A stretch of DNA of 32,000 bases from Candidatus Baldrarchaeota archaeon (lineage in GTDB: Archaea > Asgardarchaeota > Baldrarchaeia > Baldrarchaeales > DXJG01). The stretch covers positions 30,001 through 62,000 of the forward strand of contig DXJG01000001.1 of NCBI GenBank assembly GCA_019056805.1, given 5' to 3'. The position numbers were made by a program, and so were the translations under genes. Positions 9,822 to 19,331 of this stretch are shown here, piece by piece (within the stretch, counting starts at the first letter, position 1; each line of letters opens with the position of its first letter). Below the pieces are notes generated by a model that was given only the letters and a program-made list of their open reading frames with translations, was not told where the DNA came from and made no database searches.

Positions 9822-10823
9822 CTATTTTCTTGCTTTTAATAATTTGTAAGTAAGAAAGGAAGCGACTCCAAGAAGTAAGATTATGCCTCCTGCTAATAGA
9901 AAGTAGTTTGAAACATCGACCGGATTAGGGGTTGGAGTTAGCCATTTAATGATGTTATACCATAGTATCTTGTTGTTTTCTGCATCTATCCATGGAATAT
10001 CAAGTCTTTTTACATTTAAATCACTAAACATTATTGTAGATCCGCATAGAACGATTCTAAATCCATTATTCTCGTATGCAACTAGCCAGGGGGGCTTTGT
10101 TCCCGTTTGATATGTAAAATTACCATTTGGTGTCATTGCATAGGACTCGTTATCTCCCGTTGCAACAATGTATTTATTATCTTTAACGATCAAACTAGAA
10201 GAAAAAACCAAAACCCTTTGTATATTATCAGATATTCTTGTTTCGTTGTTAAATTCAGTGCTGTTTACATATACAAAATAGGGTCGGCGAATCACGCTAT
10301 GATTTTCGTCGAAAATGGCGTCACCAAAGGAATTATTGTGTGAAAATAAAACTGAAGATATGTTTAATTTCGTTAATATTTTATTTAATTCTGTAGGGTT
10401 TCCATTTTCACCATATACAGTTTCATTAAGTTGAGGGTCACACATTAAAAATAATCCACCGCCATTTTCGACGAAAGTTTTTATTGTATCAAGTTCGTTT
10501 TCGTTGAAAGATGCATTTCGGCCTGGGTTTCCTATGATTAGTATATCAATGCCCTCGAGTGTTGAGGAATTAAATGTAGAGTTGGATGGTAAGAGTCGTA
10601 CAATGTATTTTGCGTATCGTCCTGGTCTATATTCCAGTACAGTTTCATTAAGAGCATCGATAGCCTTAGTAAAATTCCCGAGAGTATATGTTAGATTTTG
10701 AGCATGAGCCTCATCGAAGAGAACTACAACTTGTTCCTCAAGTATCGCCACACTTTTCGGAACAGATGCAAATAACATTATCAGAAGCATTACAATGAAC
10801 GTAATACTCTTCTTTTTTCTCAT
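9822..10823 (-). CDS. Secreted, C-terminally anchored protein with a DUF4350/GIFT (GATase-like) domain
   Basis: Signal peptide, VLFDEAH, FVENGGGLFL, C-terminal TM helix, many N-x-S/T sequons. Confidence 0.75.
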   Translation of the reverse strand: MRKKKSITFIVMLLIMLFASVPKSVAILEEQVVVLFDEAHAQNLTYTLGNFTKAIDALNETVLEYRPGRYAKYIVRLLPSNSTFNSSTLEGIDILIIGNPGRNASFNENELDTIKTFVENGGGLFLMCDPQLNETVYGENGNPTELNKILTKLNISSVLFSHNNSFGDAIFDENHSVIRRPYFVYVNSTEFNNETRISDNIQRVLVFSSSLIVKDNKYIVATGDNESYAMTPNGNFTYQTGTKPPWLVAYENNGFRIVLCGSTIMFSDLNVKRLDIPWIDAENNKILWYNIIKWLTPTPNPVDVSNYFLLAGGIILLLGVASFLTYKLLKARK

Positions 10824-11152
10824 TTACTATCACCACGATAAAGGAAGACGTATATTTTCAGGATTTAGACTTATTACTCATTTTCATGTGTAACATTTAT
10901 CTCTATTATAAATTCGGATGTATGTGTTCCGATGTGCGATCAGCTTCAGTTTCTCATGGGATTTAAACACTTTTTATATCAGTTTTGCTTGGTAATTTAT
11001 GGTTTGTAATGTTGTCTATTTTATCTTTGTCATGAGTTTAAAATAGTTTCGATAGGCATTTATGTTCTAAGTTGGAGTTAAAGATTAGGAAAACCAACAT
11101 ATCATTTGTTAAAATGTCAGGACCAGTGTACCTGAATGTTTTCTAAGGGTAT

Positions 11153-11485
11153 ATGAAGTGGGGGGTATACTTGATGTTGGAAAAGAAAGGTTACATAGAT
11201 CCGCTTGCTCGATTATCTAAAATTAGGAACATGAAACGTGGATTAATTATGCGAACCATCATACTAGAAAGACTTAGACAGGCAGAACAGACAGGAAAAA
11301 CCATTAAAGAGATAAGTAATGAAACTGGTCTTGGTTATAATATTGTGTTGCATCATCTTAGAATGTTAGAAAAGGAAAAAATTGTAACAAGAAAAGGAAA
11401 AAGACCGTACAAATGGTTGTTAACAGGAATCGGGCAACGATTAATTGATAAATATTTGGAAATTAAATCTCCAACAATGCTTTAA
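11153..11485 (+). CDS. ArsR-like winged-helix DNA-binding protein
   Basis: TIKEISNETGLGYNIVLHHLRMLEKEKIV; the true start may be ATG 11174. Confidence 0.8.
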   Translation: MKWGVYLMLEKKGYIDPLARLSKIRNMKRGLIMRTIILERLRQAEQTGKTIKEISNETGLGYNIVLHHLRMLEKEKIVTRKGKRPYKWLLTGIGQRLIDKYLEIKSPTML

Positions 11486-12302
11486 GCAGATTAGCATCTG
11501 TTATCATTCCAACTAGGTCTCCTTTAGCATTTACTACAGGAAACTGGTCAATATCGTATTTTCTCATCATTTTGGCGCACTCACTTACAGATACTTGTTC
11601 GGCTACGCTGATAACGTTGCTCACCATAACTTGGCTAACAGGTTTCTCAGGTAGTTTTAGCTTCTTTTTAGCTATGTAGATATAGGTAGATGCATCCCAT
11701 GACCATTTTGTTCCTTCGCTGGCAGCTGACATTTCAGAAACTTTACTTTCATCAACTACTTCGCTAAGAGAGATGAAATCGGTATCTGTAATGATTCCAA
11801 CGAGTTGTCCGTTAGCACCAAGGACAGGTAGTGCTTGTACATCGGCAAGTCGCATAACTATATAAGCAACGGGTAGGGGAGTTCCCTCCCAAACAGCAGT
11901 AATTTTTCTTTGCACATAGGGTTTAATAGGCTTATCAATGTTCATGCGAGAAATTGCTTTCCAAACAATATCTGCAACTGTTATGATACCAACAAGTTCT
12001 CCATTTTCAACAACAGGTAATCTACGAATATTTTTTTCGAGTAAAATCCTTGCAACCTCCTTAATATCCGTGTCTGGTGTGGTTACTATGGGATCTCGAG
12101 TCATAAGCATGGCGATTTGTTCTTCATCTGGTTTTAACATCAAATCGGTACGGGTGACTATCCCGACTAGCTCTTTAGTTCCCTTTTTCACTACGGGTAG
12201 TCCCATAACTTGGTGTTTATTCATTAACTCTAGTATATGCTCTCTGTTTCCTGGAACTTCGGCATATACTACGTTTCTGGTCATGACATTGCTGACTTTC
12301 AT
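11463..12302 (-). CDS. CBS-domain protein (four CBS repeats)
   Basis: Repeated LPVV...LVGI.T..D motifs. Confidence 0.9.
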   Translation of the reverse strand: MKVSNVMTRNVVYAEVPGNREHILELMNKHQVMGLPVVKKGTKELVGIVTRTDLMLKPDEEQIAMLMTRDPIVTTPDTDIKEVARILLEKNIRRLPVVENGELVGIITVADIVWKAISRMNIDKPIKPYVQRKITAVWEGTPLPVAYIVMRLADVQALPVLGANGQLVGIITDTDFISLSEVVDESKVSEMSAASEGTKWSWDASTYIYIAKKKLKLPEKPVSQVMVSNVISVAEQVSVSECAKMMRKYDIDQFPVVNAKGDLVGMITDANLLKALLEI

Positions 12303-12494
12303 AATTTTGCCTCCTGAAACAACTTTGAGAATAACAAATGTGGTGTATGCAACCCTTCATTAAAACTCTACAAAAATAAATGAAACAACACTTATAAAAT
12401 TTAACTCTTGACAAACATATTGTTATGTCGATGGTTTCTTTAGCATTTCAGTCGAGATAGTATAGAAACTAAACGGCGCCAAAATCGTAGAGTA

Positions 12495-12803
12495 TTATTC
12501 GACTGGACAACAGCAGGGTTTTTCTCCACACTTTGGACAGACTCCGTGATATTTTTCCGTGGCGGATTCTTCTAAATCTATGCCTAGAACATTACATAGA
12601 CTAGCAAGCCAGGCAAAAACGTCTCCGATTTCCTCTTTTACGCTTTTTTTATCACCATCTAATAGAGCTCTACTAAGTTCTCCGATTTCTTGTACAAGCC
12701 AGGCAAAGGTCTTGAACGGGCCACGCTTAGAATCTCTACGAAAATATAATTCTTTCATTAATTTTTGGAATTCTTTAATGTGCAATAGGCTGCCTCCAAA
12801 CAT
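12495..12803 (-). CDS. MazG-like nucleotide pyrophosphohydrolase
   Basis: QEIGEL...EEIGDVFAWL; C-terminal CPKCG..PCCC. Confidence 0.88.
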   Translation of the reverse strand: MFGGSLLHIKEFQKLMKELYFRRDSKRGPFKTFAWLVQEIGELSRALLDGDKKSVKEEIGDVFAWLASLCNVLGIDLEESATEKYHGVCPKCGEKPCCCPVE

Positions 12804-12882
12804 TTACTCCAAATTTATTGTTCAGTGAGTCTTTATGAATTATTGGCAACTGCTAAGTTTTACTGTTAAAAAATATAAAGTG

Positions 12883-14315
12883 TTATTTTTTAAGACTACA
12901 GTATTCTCGAATATTAATGTACTCGTAGGCATCGGTTAGACTATCGAAACAGTAGTGAACTTTTTGGAAGGCTTTTCTAAATTCGACAACATCTTTAGCA
13001 ACATCTTTGGGATTCTCTTCATTAAATACGATTCTTTTAATAAATTCTGCTATTTCCTCCATGTCGGATTCTTTCATTCCTAATCTAGTAACTTCACTAA
13101 CTCCTAGACGAATACCTCCAGGTCGTTTATAATCTCTTCCAACTCTTTTGTCCCATGGAAGCAAATTCCGATTAATTATAATGTTGGCTTCCTCTAATTT
13201 TTTCTCAACTGTCATACCGTCCTTCAGCGGTGTTTCACTAATGTCTACGAGAATCGTATGTGATTCCGTAAATCCTTTATGTTCAGCGAGAACCTTAAAC
13301 CCTCTTTCGTACAAGGCTTGGCCTAAGGCTTTAGCGTTTTTAATGATTTGACCGGCATACTCGCTACCAAAAGCAAGCATCTCTGCAAAGGCTACAGCTT
13401 TTGGTAGCAGCAGAATTATCTGCTGCTATTCCCAGCAACTAGGTGCAAATGATGATTGCTCATGGTAGACGGGAAAGCTGCTTTTTTGAGTTCCTCAGCA
13501 TATTTGCTATGCGAGAGGACCGTTCCTCCTTGTGGTCCTGGCAATGTTTTGTGTGTACTTATCGTGAAAACGTCCGCCCCTTCTCTTAAGGGGTCTTGGA
13601 ATTTTCCACCGGCAATAAGTCCTGCAACGTGTGCTCCATCGAAGTGTATATATGCACCGATTTCATCTGCAATTTCTCTAATTTCTTTTACTGGTTCTGG
13701 AAATAGAAATACGCTGGCTCCCATTATGAATAATTTTATATGTTTTCCTTCCTTTGCGAGTTTTTTAACTCGTTTTGCTGTTCCATCTACATCGATGTTC
13801 ATTTCTTTCTCGTCAAAGGCAAAATAGTGTACTTTTAAGCCCCTGACTTTCCCCGCCGTGCCCCAGAGTTTTTTCTTTGCATAGCTTATGTGGCCGCCCG
13901 AGGGAATTGAAATACTCATTATATGATCTCCAGGTTCGGTAAAAGCTGAATATACTATTAAATTTGCAATCACTCCGCTTATGGCGCGGACATCAGCAAA
14001 TTCTGCTTTAAATAATTTTTTAGCTAACTCAATAGCTATTTCTTCTACTTGATCTATATAGATACATCCAGCATAAACGCGTTCGCCGGGCCAACCTTAC
14101 CGGTCCCAGTTTAACTGGGACTTTCGGCGTATCTGTTTCCGAAATCGCTGCATAAACATTCTCGAACTGCTGGACTTGGAATGTTTTTCCGACCCAGCCT
14201 TCTATGCTGGGTTTTCGGAAGCTATTAGTGGAATTGTGCTTCGGAACCACTGATGATGTTCTTTTAATAGTTCAAATATTTTATCGTAGTATTTCTTTGC
14301 TTCTTGTTCTTCCAT
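12883..14315 (-). CDS. glyA: Serine hydroxymethyltransferase; 4 exons (14315-14214, 14185-14123, 14096-13429, 13399-12883), 449 aa after splicing
   Basis: LIASEN, RYAEGWPG, GGHIS, DGAHVAGL, STHKTLPGPQGG, SNHHLH, GIRLG. 1433 nt minus 83 nt of introns = 1350 nt. SD GGAGGG upstream of ATG 14315. Confidence 0.93.
13400..13428 (-). other. Relaxed BHB intron 3 of glyA (29 nt)
   Basis: 9-bp stem AGCAGCAGA/TCTGCTGCT, helix TGGG/ACCA with one G.A mismatch; excision gives GGG AA|A GCT (AGKA). Confidence 0.8.
14097..14122 (-). other. BHB intron 2 of glyA (26 nt)
   Basis: Helix GCCG/CGGU, bulges AAA/AAG, 7-bp stem GTCCCAG/CTGGGAC; excision gives GCC GAA|GGT TGG (YAEGW). Confidence 0.9.
14186..14213 (-). 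other. BHB intron 1 of glyA (28 nt)
   Basis: Helix TCCG/CGGA, bulges AAA/AAA, 7-bp stem ACCCAGC/GCTGGGT; excision gives TCC GAA|AAC ATT (SENI). Confidence 0.9.
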
Positions 14316-14725
14316 TTCTTTCCCTCCTGGTATAATTATGTTAAAATTATTTCTTGAACTTATCAATATGTTTGTTTTAGCGGTAGTTAAATTCTTGGTC
14401 CCGTGGTTTATATAAGCTATCCTTTGCTATTTTTAAAGGGAAACTCATTTGTATATGCCTCTTTCTCTCTACGTATTTGTTCAATTATAAATTTAAGTAA
14501 TGAAGCAATTTGTAGGCCTTTTTGTGGATATTATTAGGTGATTGGTTTTGTGGTTAGGTCGATTTACAAAACTTAAGATGATTCTGGTATAGTTTCTTTC
14601 TCTCTTTATGTTACAATCTTAGTTTATGCGTGTACAAAGAACCCTGCTTGTTGTGTTAAAAGAAAGATTAATATTTTGAATTAATTTAATAATTTTGACA
14701 ATTTAAGTATTTGAGGTGTAATTTA

Positions 14726-14920
14726 ATGTCTCGCAAATCTAAGAAGAGAAAGAAAGAAGGCCCTATGCCTGTAACTGGTGCTGGTTTGATCAGGTTCTTT
14801 CAAGATGAAACTAGAGGTATAAAAGTAGGTCCACTTGCAGTTATTATCCTTTCGTTCTTCTTAGTTATTCTTGTGGGACTAGCTTGGTTAAGGTCTTATG
14901 GATTAATACCGTTTCCATAA
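14726..14920 (+). CDS. sec61b: Preprotein translocase Sec61-beta subunit
   Basis: GAGLIRFFQDE..GIKVGP followed by one TM helix. Confidence 0.9.
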   Translation: MSRKSKKRKKEGPMPVTGAGLIRFFQDETRGIKVGPLAVIILSFFLVILVGLAWLRSYGLIPFP

Positions 14921-15534
14921 GTCTCGTTATTTTCTCGCTTGAATGATTTAACTGGTATTATTATTAAGCCGGTTTTCAATTTTTTTATTTCATCCTCGGT
15001 AAGTTTTTCTTTTAGAACTTTATCTTTCCGTGAATGTACTATTGCACTGTTTCCGAATGGATCTTCAATTATTACTGTGACCCTTTCTTTTCCAATTTTT
15101 ACGTTTTCTATTGTGTTCAGGATTTTGTCACATTTCTTTTGTTTGATCTTTTCTGTTGACCATCTTTTAGCCATTTCGACGACGTTCTTTATTCTTTCTA
15201 GTACGCCTTCGATATTCGTTATGAAGGGAGTGGATGCCGGTCCGGGTTCTACTTTGACTCCTAGTTCAGGAACTCTTATAGTGGCTGTTGAAGACTTAAT
15301 TACCTTTGCGTATAAGTCTTGAGGTGTTTCTACTTTTAGGGAATATCGTGAGGGGCCCCTTTCTGATGTGCAAATTACATCACTATGTTTAAATCCGCAG
15401 GATTTACATTGAAGGGTCAATAATAAGACTTCTCCGAAGTGAGGAACTGTAGTTGTTGTTATCCTTTCTATTAGTGTTTTTCTACTGCAGATCGGGCATT
15501 TAGAAACATTAACTTTAAGTGTATTTTCTGTCAT
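14896..15534 (-). CDS. ZPR1 zinc-finger domain protein
   Basis: CPIC...PHFGEV...CKSCGFKHSDV; TNIEGVL; DPFGNS. Confidence 0.92.
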   Translation of the reverse strand: MTENTLKVNVSKCPICSRKTLIERITTTTVPHFGEVLLLTLQCKSCGFKHSDVICTSERGPSRYSLKVETPQDLYAKVIKSSTATIRVPELGVKVEPGPASTPFITNIEGVLERIKNVVEMAKRWSTEKIKQKKCDKILNTIENVKIGKERVTVIIEDPFGNSAIVHSRKDKVLKEKLTEDEIKKLKTGLIIIPVKSFKRENNETYGNGINP

Positions 15535-15582
15535 TTTACTTTACACCATTTACCTATTACAACTCTAACTTCATTGTGAAGC

Positions 15583-17445
15583 TTGGAGGATACAAGTTTG
15601 AGTAAGGTTGAAGAAATTGTAAAGATTTATGGCAAACTTTTCGCCATACCAAGTATGGGAAGGCTTTTAATTGTTAGCTTAGCTGTGAGTATTTTTGTTG
15701 CTTTTTTACCTAATGTTTCATTTTACTTTAAAACCTCTGAGTTAATAGTACTTTTATTTATTTTGTATGAAGGTATTGCAGTAGTGTGGGGCTCATTAGT
15801 TATTTCAGCGTTCATTAGCTTGCCTATAGTTAAAAGAAAAACTCGTATTCTAAATTTTAGGAGACTTATCGCATTAAATCTTTTTTCTGTAATTCTTTTA
15901 TATGCTGTCTATGGTTTGCCAATTTTAGTAACGATTGGTAATTATCGTGTTGCTATAATTTCTCTTTTAATTGGTGTAGCTATAGCTTTCTCTTTTAGAA
16001 TAATAGCATGTTACTCCATTTCACAGCTATCTTTTATGGAATCTGTTATTGTTTCTCTTATTCAGCCATTGCTTCTCTTGTTTTTAAGAGAAGAGTTGTT
16101 AATTTTCTTTTTCCCTTCTAGTTCTCCGATTCCGATAATTAGACCCTATGTTATTCCTCTATTCATAATTTTGATTATTTTCCTATTCTCAACGATCATG
16201 TATCTTAGAACCGTAAATAATAGTGTAAAATCGTCTCTGGGTATTGGCGGTCTAGAATTTCTTAGAGCCTTTATTGCCGAATGGACCGAACAAGAAGGAA
16301 AAACTATGGAAACACTTTTAACTAAGATTGGTGAGGAAAGAAATTTGCCTGTAGCAATTATTTCTTTTAAAAACTTGAAAAACCAAATAAAAGCTATTTT
16401 ACTGGTTCCAGCAATTCACCCTGGACCATTTAAAACGATTGGTAGTAGCATTTTACCCTACTTCTTGGCTAGAGAACTAAAACAAAGAATGGGCGCAGAA
16501 GTGCTTGTTCTCCATGGGCCATGTGATCACTCCCTTAATTTAACATCAAAGACACAGCTTCAATACGTGTTAGATGAAATTATAAAGAATTTAAGCGATA
16601 TTAACTATGTGGATGGAGCAACTCCATTAGTATGCGTCAAGAAAGAAGATGTAACTGTAAAGACTCAAACTTTTGGTGATCTCGCTTTAATCATTGCAAC
16701 TCGCTCACCTCTACCAATGGACGATGTAACTCTTGGTGTGGGACTTTTAGCCTGTGAGATTGCCGAAAAAGAAGGAATCAAAAAAGCCTTTTTTGTTGAT
16801 GCTCATAACTGTATAGGTGAAACCTTCGAAGATGTATTAATTGGTTCTGAACTTGCTGAAAAAATTATTTCAACAGCTCAAGAAAGTATAAAACAAATGC
16901 TGCGTGTAAATGTGAGTCCATTAAAGATAGGAGTCGCAAAAGGTAGAGATATAGACATTTCGTTAGAGGAAGGATTGGGGAGTGATGGTGTATCTATTTT
17001 ACTTATGGAGATCAAAGACGATAGGTATGCTTACGTTATCTTTGATAGCAATAATTTAGATATTGGTCTTAGAGAAGAAATTATTGATCGTTTAAAGAAG
17101 AATTACAAAATAAGAGAAGTAGAGGTTATGACCACCGATACTCATGAAGTGAATGCCGTATCCCCAAGTAAAGGGGGATATATTCCGCTGGGAAAAGAAA
17201 CAGACCATGAAAAAATAATTTCGTATGTAGTCAATCTAGTAAAGCAGGCAGAGGAAAACCTGGAAGCAGTAAAAATAGGAACAAAGATAATAAAGATACA
17301 AAAACTAAAAGTCATAGGGGAAAATCAGGTATCAGTATTAACATCGGCTGTCTCAACTGGATATACAATAGCGAAGAATAGCGCGCTTGCTGTGTTTATT
17401 CCAACACTTATAGCTTCCATGCTACTCGCCATGTTCTTTATCTAG
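15583..17445 (+). CDS. DUF2070 family membrane protein
   Basis: N-terminal TMs; HPGPF, LHGPCDH, DAHNC, DSNN, TTDTH. Confidence 0.88.
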   Translation: MEDTSLSKVEEIVKIYGKLFAIPSMGRLLIVSLAVSIFVAFLPNVSFYFKTSELIVLLFILYEGIAVVWGSLVISAFISLPIVKRKTRILNFRRLIALNLFSVILLYAVYGLPILVTIGNYRVAIISLLIGVAIAFSFRIIACYSISQLSFMESVIVSLIQPLLLLFLREELLIFFFPSSSPIPIIRPYVIPLFIILIIFLFSTIMYLRTVNNSVKSSLGIGGLEFLRAFIAEWTEQEGKTMETLLTKIGEERNLPVAIISFKNLKNQIKAILLVPAIHPGPFKTIGSSILPYFLARELKQRMGAEVLVLHGPCDHSLNLTSKTQLQYVLDEIIKNLSDINYVDGATPLVCVKKEDVTVKTQTFGDLALIIATRSPLPMDDVTLGVGLLACEIAEKEGIKKAFFVDAHNCIGETFEDVLIGSELAEKIISTAQESIKQMLRVNVSPLKIGVAKGRDIDISLEEGLGSDGVSILLMEIKDDRYAYVIFDSNNLDIGLREEIIDRLKKNYKIREVEVMTTDTHEVNAVSPSKGGYIPLGKETDHEKIISYVVNLVKQAEENLEAVKIGTKIIKIQKLKVIGENQVSVLTSAVSTGYTIAKNSALAVFIPTLIASMLLAMFFI

Positions 17446-18903
17446 GGGCGAGATATTTGAAGTTAATTTATTGTACTTCTTAAGATATAGATAATACTTG
17501 TAAGAAGCATATAAAACGTCAATGGCTCTTTCAGGTGTTGGATAACATGGTATTCCTAATTCTTCAACTTTTTGAACATCTTCCATCACGTATTCGCCTA
17601 AGGGGACACAGAAAACCAACGGTTTAGGTGTTTTTACATCCTCTAATATTTCAGCTACCGCCTTACCTACTTCAATGACTTTAAGAGCTGGCACTATTAA
17701 GGAAATACCATTAACCGTTTCAGTTCTCATCAGCATTCTGGCACTTTCAACATACTGTTCTGTTGTAACTAGAAAGCTTAAATCGAGTGGATTAAAGTTA
17801 CTTGTCCATGGAAAAGCGATTCCTTTAAGTTTTTTTAAGGTCATATTTGGAAGTTTAGCTATCTCTAATCCAAGTAAAACCGCTCTATCCACGGATAAAA
17901 CTCCCATGGATCCGGCATAAGTTACAACGGCGAGACCTTTATCTTTCATTAAGGGTTGTAAAGCAAAAAATCTGACGAAATCAAATAATTGCTCCAAGCT
18001 CTCAGCTCTTATGGCCCCACTTTGTTTGAAAGCAGCATCATAGATTTCCACGTTTCCAGCTAGACTTGCAGTATGAGAAGTGACTGCTCTCTTCCCTTCT
18101 TCGGTTCTTCCGCCTTTTAATATCACAATAGGTTTCTTCAAGGCGGCTTTTTTAAGTGTTCTTAAAAACTTTCTGCCGTTACTCACGCCTTCAAGGTACA
18201 TTCCTATAACTTTAGTATCGGGATCATCTGCAAGATATTCTATTGTATCTGCTTCATCTACATCAACTTTATTTCCGATTGTAACAACTTTGCTAATCCC
18301 CCATCTAGGACCGTATATCTCTAGCATGCCGGCTGCAAAAATGCCAGCTTGCGTTATGAAACTTATACCTCCTTTTTTAAGATTCTTAACTTTTGCGAAG
18401 GTTGTTATAAGATTTCTGTGGGTATTTACTACTCCTGCACAGTTTGGACCAATAATTCTAATGTTGTTTTCTTTAACGATTTCGCGTATTTTTTTCTGAA
18501 GTTCTGCTCCCTCTCCTCCTATTTCAGCAAATCCACCGGCTTCAATAATAACAGCTTTAACATTTTTATTAACGCATTCCATCAAGATCTTAGGAATGAT
18601 TTTTGCTGGAACAATAAGTACGGCAAGGTCAACTTCATCTGGAATGTCTAAAATGGACTTATAACATTTTAATCCTAATATTTCATTTAAATTTGGATTA
18701 ACAGGATAGATTTTCCCTTGAAATCTTCCTTCAACAAGATTAAGTAGGACATTATATCCAAGCTTGCCTGGTGTTGCGGACGCTCCAATTACTGCAACAG
18801 ATTTAGGCTCAAAAAAGTATTTTATGCTTTCATACACCGCTACGCCTTCACGTTTAAATGTTTCAGCCTCATGTCCTATTTCGACGGAAGATATGTCGAC
18901 CAT
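17422..18903 (-). CDS. acdA: ADP-forming acyl-CoA synthetase alpha subunit
   Basis: PKSVAVIGAS, YPVNP, GPNC, SHTASLAG (phospho-His motif). Confidence 0.9.
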   Translation of the reverse strand: MVDISSVEIGHEAETFKREGVAVYESIKYFFEPKSVAVIGASATPGKLGYNVLLNLVEGRFQGKIYPVNPNLNEILGLKCYKSILDIPDEVDLAVLIVPAKIIPKILMECVNKNVKAVIIEAGGFAEIGGEGAELQKKIREIVKENNIRIIGPNCAGVVNTHRNLITTFAKVKNLKKGGISFITQAGIFAAGMLEIYGPRWGISKVVTIGNKVDVDEADTIEYLADDPDTKVIGMYLEGVSNGRKFLRTLKKAALKKPIVILKGGRTEEGKRAVTSHTASLAGNVEIYDAAFKQSGAIRAESLEQLFDFVRFFALQPLMKDKGLAVVTYAGSMGVLSVDRAVLLGLEIAKLPNMTLKKLKGIAFPWTSNFNPLDLSFLVTTEQYVESARMLMRTETVNGISLIVPALKVIEVGKAVAEILEDVKTPKPLVFCVPLGEYVMEDVQKVEELGIPCYPTPERAIDVLYASYKYYLYLKKYNKLTSNISPLDKEHGE

Positions 18904-19331
18904 GAGCTTCCCTCCGAATTTAGCAAGGAGGGAAACAAGAACAAGAAATATAAATTTTTCATAGATAGATATTTACATCTACGTTGGAAAAGATGACATA
19001 AAACTACATAAATTATTAAATCTATCTAACATTTGTAAAAATATTTTTTGTAAAAGAAAATATTTTATTATATTTCCAAAATATAGTGCAAGTTTCAAGA
19101 ACTTAACTCGTAACAAAGTGATTGATAAAAATCGACTAACTTCAAATCTCTGAATAGCCAATATAAGATAAAAATCTAGCAAATATCAATAAAAACATCT
19201 AGAAACAATAGAATAAAGATCCAACGTCGCAACTTCCATTTTTTTTAACCCAATAAATATAAATAAACACGTATAGTACAACATATCAACAAGAACTTAA
19301 ATGAGAAAAAACGTCTAAAGAGGGAAAAAGA

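Noticed and set aside
11384-11393. GTAACAAGAA half-site matching the origin palindrome
   Set aside because: It lies within coding sequence (VTRK) with no partner half-site, so it is probably chance.
13400-14213. Hairpin inserts as MITEs, terminators or selenocysteine/pyrrolysine recoding signals
   Set aside because: No consistent target-site duplications or poly-T tails. Readthrough cannot restore the frame because the lengths are not multiples of 3. BHB geometry explains the boundaries.
14029-14250. 73-aa minus-strand ORF
   Set aside because: An out-of-frame read through glyA exons and introns, not a separate gene.
12883-14315. glyA as a pseudogene or sequencing-error fragments
   Set aside because: All three breaks are structured inserts whose removal gives exact motifs and a full 449-aa frame, with no other lesions.
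14316-14725. Long intergenic region as a possible tRNA or ncRNA locus
   Set aside because: No cloverleaf, C/D boxes or stable structure recognisable by eye. No tRNA or rRNA was recognised anywhere in the window.
18979-19182. 67-aa minus-strand ORF in the acdA-porG intergenic region
   Set aside because: AT-rich low-complexity sequence with no motif or clear SD.
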